A DNA stretch of 64,000 nucleotides from Acidobacteriota bacterium (GTDB lineage: Bacteria > Acidobacteriota > UBA4820 > DSQY01). This document shows, one piece after another, positions 28,338-36,906 of this stretch. Numbering within the stretch: the first letter of the stretch is position 1; every line of letters begins with the position of its first letter. Both the position numbers and the translations under genes were made by a program. The notes under the pieces were generated by a model, which had not been told where the DNA came from, ran no database searches, and worked only from the letters and a program-made list of their open reading frames with translations. The stretch lies in the NCBI GenBank assembly GCA_049967655.1, contig JBMFSH010000008.1:1-64000 (forward strand). Reading direction: 5' to 3'.

Positions 28338-29715
28338 AACCGCGGCAGCCCGGCTGGCCCTGGCCTTCGCGGGAGCCATCGCCCTGGCCCTCTGTGTGCT
28401 GTTCGCCAGCTTCTACAGCTTCGTCAAGGCCGACCTCGATTCCCGCACCGACCGCCTGCTCCTGGACAAGTCGCGGGAATTCCGGGAGCTGGCGGAGGAG
28501 GGAGGCACGGCCAACCTTCCGGGTGAATTCCAACGCGAAGCGCAGACGATGGGGACCCGCCTGGCCCTCTACCGCCTCCTGGCTCCGGACGGGAGCATCC
28601 TCAGCGGCTCCAACGGGGCGGCCTTTCCCGGCCTCAGCGTTCATCCCCAGGCCCTGCCCCGCCTCGTGCAGGGCAAGCCGCTCCTCCGGACCATCTCGAT
28701 CCAAGGCCGCCGGTACCAGGCGCGGGAGTGTTTGGTCCGCCTCCGTTCGGGCCTGATCCTCCAGCTCGTCCATTACATGGGGGACGACGAGGACCTCCTG
28801 GAGGACCTGAGGCGGAGCTTCGGCTTCACCCTCGTCGGAGTATTTCTGGGGGCCGCCCTCCTCGGCTGGATCCTGTCGCGCCGCGCCCTCGCCGGCGTGG
28901 AGGAGGCGACGCGGACGGCACAGGCCATCGCCGGCGGCACGCTGGAGAACCGCGTGCCGCTCCTGGGGCGAGGCGAGGAGATCGACCGCCTGGCCACCAC
29001 CTTCAACGCCATGCTGGACCGAATTCAGGCCATGGTGGCCGAGATGCGGCAGGTCTCGGACGACATCGCCCACGACCTCAAGAGCCCCCTGACCCGCCTG
29101 CGGGGCCAGGCCGAGATGGCGCTCACGGCCAAGGGCGGCGGCGAAGAGCTGGAGGCCCTGGCGGCGAACACCGTGGAGGAGTGCGACCGTCTCCTGGCCA
29201 TGGTGAACACCATGCTCGACCTTTCCGAAGCAGAGGCTGGCGTCCCCTCGGGAGAATCCCAACGGGTGGACCTTCGCGACTTGGTCCGGGAGGCCTACGA
29301 GCTCTACCTGCCGGCGGCCGAGGAGAAGGGGCTGGCCCTGATCCTGGAGGCCCGTGCACCCGTGGAAGCCCTGGGGAGCGTGCACCGCTTTCGGCGCATC
29401 CTGGCCAACCTCCTCGACAACGCGATCAAGTACACACCTCCCGCGGGACGAGTGACGATCGAAGCGCAGATGCAGGGGGGATGGGCTCGGGTGGCGGTGC
29501 GCGATTCGGGGCCGGGCATCGAGTCGGAGGAGCTGCCCAAGATCTTCGACCGCTTCTACCGGAGCGACCAGAGCCGCAGCACACCGGGCAGCGGCCTGGG
29601 GCTCAGCCTGGCCCGCGCTCTGGCCAGGGCCATGGGTGGAGATCTCACGGCGGAAAGTATGCCGGGCCAGGGCAGCGTGTTCACCCTCCTCCTGCCCGCC
29701 GCTTCCCCATTTTGA
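28324..29715 (+). CDS. HAMP sensor histidine kinase (CusS/CzcS-like)
   Basis: Two TM, HAMP, IAHDLKSPL, NLLDNAIKY, DSGPGI, GSGLGL. Confidence 0.92.
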   Translation: MTHPRTAAARLALAFAGAIALALCVLFASFYSFVKADLDSRTDRLLLDKSREFRELAEEGGTANLPGEFQREAQTMGTRLALYRLLAPDGSILSGSNGAAFPGLSVHPQALPRLVQGKPLLRTISIQGRRYQARECLVRLRSGLILQLVHYMGDDEDLLEDLRRSFGFTLVGVFLGAALLGWILSRRALAGVEEATRTAQAIAGGTLENRVPLLGRGEEIDRLATTFNAMLDRIQAMVAEMRQVSDDIAHDLKSPLTRLRGQAEMALTAKGGGEELEALAANTVEECDRLLAMVNTMLDLSEAEAGVPSGESQRVDLRDLVREAYELYLPAAEEKGLALILEARAPVEALGSVHRFRRILANLLDNAIKYTPPAGRVTIEAQMQGGWARVAVRDSGPGIESEELPKIFDRFYRSDQSRSTPGSGLGLSLARALARAMGGDLTAESMPGQGSVFTLLLPAASPF

Positions 29716-29733
29716 ACCCTCGCGAACTCAACC

Positions 29734-29776
29734 GGTCAGGCCGGGTCACGTTCAGGTCATGTTGTTCGCCTACAAT
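29734..29776 (+). promoter_or_regulatory. Putative response-regulator direct repeats plus -10 for the right RND operon
   Basis: GGTCA at 29734, 29744 and 29755 (10-11 bp period), then TACAAT at 29771. Confidence 0.5.
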
Positions 29777-29820
29777 GCCGTTTGACGGGGGGAACTTACC
29801 CGCCGGCAAGGAGGTCCGTC

Positions 29821-31227
29821 ATGACCGGGCAACGATTCAAGCCCCTCTTCCTCTTACTTCTCTTGAGCGCGACGGCGTGCGCCACCTACCACCCGCTTCC
29901 CCTCGACAAGAAGGCGGAGGCGCAGGCGCTCGCCCCGCCCGACATGGGGCGCGTGACCGTGGAGGCCGCCCAGATTCACCACCCGCTGCTCAAGCCCGTG
30001 CATCTGGACCTAGCCAGGGGCCTGACGCCGGATGAGCTGGCCATCGTGGCCGTGCTGACCAATCCGCAGCTTCGAGCGGTCCGCGACCAGCGGGGGCTGG
30101 CCCACGCGCAAGTGATCCAGGCGGGGCTGCTGCCCAACCCCGTGGCCTCCTACGGGCAGGATAAACCGACGGGCGGCAGTGACCAGGGAACGGTCACCGC
30201 CTATACCACCGGCATGGGCTTCGACCTGACCTCGCTCCTCACCTATTCTTTGCGCAAAGAGGCGGCCAAGAGCCAGGCCCAGGCCGTTGACCTGGACGTG
30301 GCATGGCAGGAGTGGCAGGTAGCCCAGGCCGCCCGAATGGCGGCCTACCACCTTCTGGCGCTTAGGGAACAGGTTCCCTTCGCGCGCAAAGGGATGGAGG
30401 AGGCCCAGCAGACCCTCGACGCCATGCATGCGGCGGCCAAGGCCGGGGCGGTGAGCCAGGCGGACGAAGCCTTAGCTCTCTCCGCCTTCGAGCAGGCCCG
30501 TCAGACGTTCCTTCTCCTGAGCGAGGCGGAGACGAGAGCCAGACAGGATCTGAACCAGATGCTGGGCCTCCCGCCCGGGAGCAAGCCGCCCTTGCGAGAG
30601 GAGGCAACGCTGCCCGACTGGCGAGCTATCCCGGACGAACAGCTCCTCGTTCGAGGGCTGGCCGACCGTCGCTTGGATCTGCTGGCCTTCAAGAAGGGGT
30701 ACGAGAGCCAGGATACCCAGCTTCGAATCGCCATTCGCTCCCAATTCCCCAACATCGGCATCGATCTGAGCCATTCGCGTGACACGAGCAACATCGTGAC
30801 GACGGGCTACGGCGTCGCCATCTCCCTTCCCATCTTCGACCGCAACCAGGGACGCATCGCCTACGAGCGCGCCACGCGCCGCCAGATGTACGACGAGTTC
30901 CAGTCGAGGCTTTTCGACGCCCGCGCCCAGGTGGCCCAGATCCTCTCGAGGTTGGACAGCGTGCGGCGGCAGCTCGCCACGGCGGAGGATACCCTCTCCT
31001 CTCTGCGCACCACGGCCGAGGGGTACGAGAAGGCCAAGGCTTCGGGAGCCGTGGATCTGGTGAGCGCGCAGAATGCTCAACAGGCTTACCTTTCTCAGGC
31101 CATGACGGTGGCCAGCCTGAAAGCCGAGCGAGCGGACCTCGGCGTCGCCCTCGAGGTGGCGTCGGGTGAGGTCCTGCCGGCCGACACCATGGGCGCCGCC
31201 ACACCAAAAGGGGGAAACAGACCATGA
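29821..31227 (+). CDS. TolC/CzcC-family outer membrane factor (lipoprotein)
   Basis: Lipobox-like ATAC, AGLLPNP, ISLPIFDRNQG; AAGGAGG RBS. Confidence 0.88.
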   Translation: MTGQRFKPLFLLLLLSATACATYHPLPLDKKAEAQALAPPDMGRVTVEAAQIHHPLLKPVHLDLARGLTPDELAIVAVLTNPQLRAVRDQRGLAHAQVIQAGLLPNPVASYGQDKPTGGSDQGTVTAYTTGMGFDLTSLLTYSLRKEAAKSQAQAVDLDVAWQEWQVAQAARMAAYHLLALREQVPFARKGMEEAQQTLDAMHAAAKAGAVSQADEALALSAFEQARQTFLLLSEAETRARQDLNQMLGLPPGSKPPLREEATLPDWRAIPDEQLLVRGLADRRLDLLAFKKGYESQDTQLRIAIRSQFPNIGIDLSHSRDTSNIVTTGYGVAISLPIFDRNQGRIAYERATRRQMYDEFQSRLFDARAQVAQILSRLDSVRRQLATAEDTLSSLRTTAEGYEKAKASGAVDLVSAQNAQQAYLSQAMTVASLKAERADLGVALEVASGEVLPADTMGAATPKGGNRP

Positions 31228-32324
31228 ATCGCAAGATCCTTTGGATGGGTGTGATCGGTGCCCTGGCGCTCATGGGCGCCACGGCCTTCCTTACATCTTG
31301 GATGGGCCGTTCCAGAGGCTTGGCAGAGCCCTCTCGATCCGATGTGCAGACACTTCCCAAGGAGGTGACGGCCGCCGTTCGCGTTGTTCCCGTCCAGGAA
31401 TCGGTGCTCAGCCGCACGGCGACGGCCTACGGGGACATCGTCCCCCCTCCCGGCGGCGTGCGGACGGTGAGCGTTCCCTTCGACTGCCAGATCTTGACCC
31501 TCTCCGTGCGTGAGGGGCAGGCCGCTTCCCGGGGGATGCTCCTCATGACCGTCACGGGGAGCCCCGATGCCAAGTTGGCCCTCGCGCAGGCCCGTGCCCA
31601 GGCTAGTTCCGACGAGGCGGCCCTCAGGCAGGTGGAGGCGCGCCACCGCCTCAAGCTGGCCGACGATGCGGCTCTGGCTCAGGCCAAGGGGGCCTTCGAG
31701 GCCTCCGAGGCCCGCCTGAAGAGTCTGGAGGCGAGGGGTCTTGCCGCGGCTCATCCGCTGGTTTCTCCGGTGGACGGCACGGTGCTTAGGCTTCCCTTCA
31801 GCCGGGGGGCCGTCGTGCCGGCGGGAACGGCGCTAGCCGAGGTGGCGGGCCTGGGCCACCTGGAGGCGCTGCTCGGCTTGGAACCGGGGGATGCCCATGA
31901 CCTTCATCCCGGCGCGCCCGTCGACCTCGACATGGTGGGGGACCATGCGGGTCCGCCGCTGAAGGGGATTCTCACCAGCGTCTCTCCCGCCATCAACCCT
32001 TCGACCCGCCTCGTGGAGGCTTACGTGGCCCTTCCGCCCGGGAGTTCCCTGCCCCTGGGCGCCTACGTGCGCGGCACCTTCACCTTGACCTCCGCCAAGG
32101 GGCTGGTGGTGCCGTATGCGGCCGTCTTGCCCACAAGTGGCGGAGGCGTGCTGTATACCGTTCGTGATGGCCACGCCGTCCGCCACGAGGTCCGCGTGGA
32201 CCTTGAGACGGGCAGCGAAGCGTTGGTCTCATGCCCGGGTTTGGCGGCGGGCGATCTGGTGGTGGTCACCGGAAATTACGAGCTGAAAAACGGCATGGCG
32301 GTAAAGGTGGAGCCCCACCCATGA
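31224..32324 (+). CDS. RND periplasmic adaptor (membrane fusion protein)
   Basis: N-terminal anchor, SPVDGTV, INPSTR, GLAAGDLVVVTG; ATGA coupling. Confidence 0.88.
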   Translation: MNRKILWMGVIGALALMGATAFLTSWMGRSRGLAEPSRSDVQTLPKEVTAAVRVVPVQESVLSRTATAYGDIVPPPGGVRTVSVPFDCQILTLSVREGQAASRGMLLMTVTGSPDAKLALAQARAQASSDEAALRQVEARHRLKLADDAALAQAKGAFEASEARLKSLEARGLAAAHPLVSPVDGTVLRLPFSRGAVVPAGTALAEVAGLGHLEALLGLEPGDAHDLHPGAPVDLDMVGDHAGPPLKGILTSVSPAINPSTRLVEAYVALPPGSSLPLGAYVRGTFTLTSAKGLVVPYAAVLPTSGGGVLYTVRDGHAVRHEVRVDLETGSEALVSCPGLAAGDLVVVTGNYELKNGMAVKVEPHP

Positions 32325-35300
32325 CCTTCACCAACTGGATGCAGGCGCACCGTCGCTCCCTGCTCTTCCTCATGGCGGTGCTCATCGTGGCGGGGAGCGT
32401 GGCGACCTTCAAGCTGCCCGTTGGACTCTTCCCCAGGATCAACTTCCCCAGGGTGCGCGTCTCGCTGGATGCGGGAGACCGCCCGGCGGACCGCATGGTC
32501 ATCGAGGTGACGCGTCCCGTGGAGGAGGCGGTGCGCGGCGTTCCCGGGGTCGTGGAGGTCCGCTCCGTCACCAGCCGAGGCACCGCCGACATCGACGTCA
32601 ACTTCTCCTGGGGCCAGAACATGGTAGCCGCCATGCTCCAGGTGGAGTCCGCCATCGCCCAAATCGCTAATAGGCTTCCACGGGGAATGAGCTACAGCGT
32701 CATCCGAATGGACCCCACGGTGGACCCCGTGATCGCCTACAGCCTGACCTCCTCGGACGAGTCCTTGACCCAGCTCCGGGACCTGGCCCTCTACCAGCTC
32801 CGGCCCGTTCTGTCCAGGGTCAAGGGCGTGGCGCGCATCCAGGTGCAGGGGGGATTGACGGAGGAGTACAGAGTCACGGTGGACCCGGCCAGGCTCCAAG
32901 CCCTGGGGCTGACCTTTCAGGATGCCGCCTCGGCCCTGTCGGCGGCCAACAATATCAAGGCCGTGGGACGGCTGGAGGACCACGACAAGCTCTACCTCAT
33001 TCTCTCCGACACGCAGTTTGAGAATCTGCGCCAGGTGGGCGAGACGGTCCTGCGCTCGGGGCCGGGCGGCGTGATCCGCCTGAAAGACGTGGCTAGGGTC
33101 GAGAGGGGCACGGAGCCGAACTGGACGAGGGTCACAGCGGACGGCCGCGACGCCGTTCTGATCAACGTCTACCAGCAGCTCGACGGGAATACGGTGCAGA
33201 TCGCCAGGGATATCAAGGCGGCCTTGGCGGCCTATGGCCCCCACCTCCCTCCCGGCGTCCACATCGCCAACTGGTACGACCAGAGCCAGCTCATCCTGGC
33301 TTCCGCCAGCAGCGTGCGCGACGCCCTCCTGGTGGGCGTCCTCATGGCCGCGCTGATCCTCTTCCTGTTCTTGCGCAATTTCAAGGTCATGCTCATCGCC
33401 ATCCTCACGGTCCCGGGCGTGCTGGCCATCACGATTCTCCTGCTCTACGTGCTGCACATGAGCTTCAACATCATGACCCTGGGCGGCATGGCGGCGGCGG
33501 TGGGGCTCATCATCGACGACGCCATCGTCATGGTGGAGCACATCATCCGGCGCATGCGGGGGGGAGAGGGGGCGCACCACGGCCGCGTCATGAAGGCGGC
33601 CAGGGAGTTTACTAAGCCCCTGGCGGGCTCCTCCGCGGCCACCATTATCATCTTCGCTCCGCTGGCCTTTCTCTCCGGCGTCACGGGCGCCTTCTTCAAG
33701 GCCCTCAGCCTCACCATGGCGGCCAGCCTGATCATCTCCTACCTCGTGGCGTGGCTGGCCGTTCCGCTTCTGGCGGACAAGTTCCTCAACGAGAAGGATG
33801 CGGCGCAGAAGGAGGGAGGGGCCCTGACCGACTGGGTTGACGAGCGTTACGAGCGCCTGATGGGGCGCCTCTTCGCCCGGCCAGCCTTGGTGCTCCTGGG
33901 AGTTCTGCCCCTTCTCCTGGCGGGCTACCTGGGGTACCGGATGATCGGTTCGGGCTTCATGCCGGTCATGGACGAGGGCGGGTTCATCCTGGACTACCGG
34001 AGCGAGCCCGGCACCTCCCTCGCCGAGACCGATCGCCTGCTGCGACAGGTGGAAGCCATTCTGCAGAAAACGCCCGAGGTGGACACCTACTCGCGGCGAA
34101 CGGGGCTGCAGCTTGGAGGGGGCGTGACGGAGGCCAACGAGGGCGACTTCTTCGTCCGCCTCAAGCCCTATCCCCGCCGGAACATCGAAGCCGTCATGGA
34201 AGACGTGCGCGAACGGGTGGAGAGGACGGTCCCCGGCCTTCACATCGAGATGGCCCAGCTCATGGAGGACCTCATCGGGGACCTGACGGCCGTGCCCCAG
34301 CCCATCGAGATCAAACTCTTCTCCGACGACCAGGGCAAACTGCTGGCGCTGGCGCCGCGCGTGGCGGAGGCGATCCGGAAGGTGCCCGGCGTGGTGGACG
34401 TGAAGAGCGGGGTGGTGCTGGCGGGAGACGCCCTGGATATCCGCGTGGACCGCGCCAAGGCCGCCCTCGAGGGCATGGACCCCGAGGCGGTGACCCGCCT
34501 TGCCCAGGATTACCTGGAGGGCGTCGTGACCACCCAGGTTCAGCGCGGACCGAAGATGGTGGGGATCCGGATCTGGGTACCGAAGGGGCTTCGCAGGAAT
34601 ACGGCCGCCGTGCGCTCGCTCCTGCTGCGGGCCCCTGACGGCCACCTCTTCCCCTTGAGCCGCGTGGCCACGGTCACTCCTGTTACTGGCCAGCCCCAGA
34701 TTACGCGGGACGACCTCAAGCTCATGGTCCCCGTGACGGGACGCATCAGCGGGAGGGACATGGGCTCCACGGTGAAGGACGTGAAGAAGGTCCTCGCCGA
34801 ACCGGGGCTCATCCCCAAAGACGTGGACCTCTCGCTAGGAGGCCTCTACAGGCAGCAGCAGATCGCCTTCGCCGGACTCATGGCCGTCTTCCTCGCGGCC
34901 GTAGCGCTGGTCTTCCTTCTGCTCCTTTTCCTTTTCGAGCGGTTCCGGCCGGCCGTGGGCGTCATGCTGACCGCCCTTATGGCCCTGAGCGCCGTCTTCA
35001 TCGGGCTTTGGATCACCGGCACGGAGCTGAACATCTCCTCCATGATGGGCATGACCATGATCCTCGGCATCGTGACGGAGGTGGCCATCTTCATGGTATG
35101 GGAGTTCCTGACGGCGCCCGAGGGGATGGACGAGAGCGCCTCCCTCATCTACGCTGGAAAACACCGGATGCGCGCCATCACCATGAGCACCCTGGCGGCG
35201 GTGCTCGCCCTATCCCCCCTGGGCCTCGGCATCGGCCAGGGCTCCGCCATGCAGCGACCGCTCGCCATCGCCATCATCAGCGGCCTCATTTTCCAGCTTC

Positions 35301-35359
35301 CGCTGGTCTTCATCTTGATGCCCGTACTCTTCCGCCTGCTGGGCGTGAAACGGAAATAG
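32321..35359 (+). CDS. RND efflux permease (AcrB/CzcA-like)
   Basis: LPVGLFPRINFP, FNIMTLGGMAAAVGLIIDDAIVMVE, FMPVMDEG, PLAIAIISG; ATGA coupling. Confidence 0.93.
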   Translation: MTFTNWMQAHRRSLLFLMAVLIVAGSVATFKLPVGLFPRINFPRVRVSLDAGDRPADRMVIEVTRPVEEAVRGVPGVVEVRSVTSRGTADIDVNFSWGQNMVAAMLQVESAIAQIANRLPRGMSYSVIRMDPTVDPVIAYSLTSSDESLTQLRDLALYQLRPVLSRVKGVARIQVQGGLTEEYRVTVDPARLQALGLTFQDAASALSAANNIKAVGRLEDHDKLYLILSDTQFENLRQVGETVLRSGPGGVIRLKDVARVERGTEPNWTRVTADGRDAVLINVYQQLDGNTVQIARDIKAALAAYGPHLPPGVHIANWYDQSQLILASASSVRDALLVGVLMAALILFLFLRNFKVMLIAILTVPGVLAITILLLYVLHMSFNIMTLGGMAAAVGLIIDDAIVMVEHIIRRMRGGEGAHHGRVMKAAREFTKPLAGSSAATIIIFAPLAFLSGVTGAFFKALSLTMAASLIISYLVAWLAVPLLADKFLNEKDAAQKEGGALTDWVDERYERLMGRLFARPALVLLGVLPLLLAGYLGYRMIGSGFMPVMDEGGFILDYRSEPGTSLAETDRLLRQVEAILQKTPEVDTYSRRTGLQLGGGVTEANEGDFFVRLKPYPRRNIEAVMEDVRERVERTVPGLHIEMAQLMEDLIGDLTAVPQPIEIKLFSDDQGKLLALAPRVAEAIRKVPGVVDVKSGVVLAGDALDIRVDRAKAALEGMDPEAVTRLAQDYLEGVVTTQVQRGPKMVGIRIWVPKGLRRNTAAVRSLLLRAPDGHLFPLSRVATVTPVTGQPQITRDDLKLMVPVTGRISGRDMGSTVKDVKKVLAEPGLIPKDVDLSLGGLYRQQQIAFAGLMAVFLAAVALVFLLLLFLFERFRPAVGVMLTALMALSAVFIGLWITGTELNISSMMGMTMILGIVTEVAIFMVWEFLTAPEGMDESASLIYAGKHRMRAITMSTLAAVLALSPLGLGIGQGSAMQRPLAIAIISGLIFQLPLVFILMPVLFRLLGVKRK

Positions 35360-35368
35360 GGAGGCTCC

Positions 35369-36049
35369 ATGTCTAACCGAAGGTTTCTTGGAACCCTGCT
35401 GACGATCCCGTTCTTGCTCGCTTTGGCCGTTCAGGCCGCCCCGCCGCGCGCGTCAGGATCCTGGGTGATACCCGCCCGCGCGCTGGAGGAGCACGCCGAG
35501 GATTCCATCGACCTCCTCATGGCGAGCAAGCCCAATACCGCCAAGCTAGAGGCGATGACGGCCCAAATGGAGGCGCTGCTGAGGCGTCTGCAGATGGCCT
35601 CGCTGGGTCGCGCCGAGGTGACCCGCCAGGCCTCCCAAGCCGAGAGCGCCCTTGGCCAGATGAAGGCGGAGATCGCCTCCAGGGCTTACGTGAAGGCCGC
35701 CCTGGCCGCGAACCAGATCACCATGGTCATGCTGCCCATCGAGGGCTTCCCCACCCCCGAGCACCGGGAGGTGGCGCTGTTGGACTGCCTCTCTCGGGAG
35801 ATCACCCTCCTCAATGAAGATGAGCCCGCATCCCACGCCCCTCTCCTGAAGGAGCGCAGGGACCAGATCGAAGCCACCTGGAAACTTCTGCGGCCCTGGT
35901 ACGCAGCCAGGAAGGGGACGGCCAAACTCATGGCCGACGTAGATGCCTGCGTGGCGAGCATCCGCTCGGACACGGAGGCCGCCCAGCAGGTGAAGGCAGG
36001 GAACCGCCTCGGCGACCTGGTGGACGAACTGGAGCGGTATCGGCCGTAG
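35369..36049 (+). CDS. Secreted helical hypothetical protein at the end of the RND operon
   Basis: Signal peptide (..AVQA), GGGAGG RBS directly after the permease stop. Confidence 0.7.
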   Translation: MSNRRFLGTLLTIPFLLALAVQAAPPRASGSWVIPARALEEHAEDSIDLLMASKPNTAKLEAMTAQMEALLRRLQMASLGRAEVTRQASQAESALGQMKAEIASRAYVKAALAANQITMVMLPIEGFPTPEHREVALLDCLSREITLLNEDEPASHAPLLKERRDQIEATWKLLRPWYAARKGTAKLMADVDACVASIRSDTEAAQQVKAGNRLGDLVDELERYRP

Positions 36050-36055
36050 AAGTAA

Positions 36056-36207
36056 GGGTGGAGGGTGGAGGGTGGAGAGTGGAGGGGGAAAAGAAAAAAA
36101 CGGTGATCGCGGGTTCGTGGCCGACCGTCGGCTACGGGCCGCGGTCCTCGTGAGACCTTGGACTGACCGTTCTCCGCCCCTCCACCCTCCACTCTCCACC
36201 CTCCACC
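36056..36207. repeat. Inverted pair of (GGGTGGA)n heptamer arrays flanking an 88-bp core
   Basis: Left arm GGGTGGAGGGTGGAGGGTGGAGAGTGGAGGGGG, right arm CCCCTCCACCCTCCACTCTCCACCCTCCACC; single arrays also at 12945-12967 and 21045-21065. Confidence 0.85.
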
Positions 36208-36237
36208 GCCCCCCGGCTCCAGGCCCCGGCTCCAGGC

Positions 36238-36280
36238 TTGACAGATTGGAATCTGGATTCTATATTCCGAATCTTGATTT
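36238..36280 (+). promoter_or_regulatory. sigma70 promoter with tandem palindromic operators (TetR autoregulation)
   Basis: TTGACA-N17-TATATT; GAATCtgGATTC (36249-36260) and GAATCttGATTT (36269-36280). Confidence 0.75.
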
Positions 36281-36291
36281 TGGAGCTGCCG

Positions 36292-36906
36292 GTGCATTTG
36301 AACCGAAGAGAGGCCGAACGGATGCAGCGCCGCCAGCTCCTGCTGGAGGCCGCCGAGAGGGTCTTCGGCCGGAAGCCCTTCGACGAGGCCACCATGCAGG
36401 AGGTGGCCTCGGAGGCCCAGATCGGGATGCAGGGGCTCTACGAGCAGTTCCCCTCCAAGCAGGTTCTTTACGAGAGCCTCATCATGGAAAGGGTCAAGAC
36501 CTTCAGGACCAAGGTCGAGAGGGCCCTGGAGACGGACGAAAACCCTATCCAGCGTCTCAGGGCATGGGCCACCGTCCACGCCGAATCCTTCAGCGGGACT
36601 CCCGCCTTTTTCCCTGTCTTTCTCCGCGAGAAAATCCACCGGGACTGGGAGTTCGCCTCGCGCTTCGGCCCCGCCCTGTACGAGGCCTTTGGCCATGAGG
36701 AGGAGCGCTTGACAGAGATCATGCGGGCCGCTGCGGCGGAGGGACAGATCCAGAAGTTGGACATATCGTTCCTGGTTCGGTTCTTCCTGGCGGCCCTCCA
36801 CGCCTCGGTCTTCTACCACATTCGTTATAATCCCGATGAGGAGGTTTCAGCGTGCGTGAACCGTGCCATGAACAGCTTCTTACGCGGAGTGGAACTCACC
36901 GGGTGA
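36292..36906 (+). CDS. TetR/AcrR family transcriptional regulator
   Basis: LLEAAERVF..ATMQEVASEAQIGMQGLYEQFPSK HTH; GTG start after GGAG. Confidence 0.88.
   Translation: MHLNRREAERMQRRQLLLEAAERVFGRKPFDEATMQEVASEAQIGMQGLYEQFPSKQVLYESLIMERVKTFRTKVERALETDENPIQRLRAWATVHAESFSGTPAFFPVFLREKIHRDWEFASRFGPALYEAFGHEEERLTEIMRAAAAEGQIQKLDISFLVRFFLAALHASVFYHIRYNPDEEVSACVNRAMNSFLRGVELTG

Noticed and set aside
36056..36233. CRISPR array
   Set aside because: Repeats are 7-nt tandem units without unique spacers, and there are no cas genes
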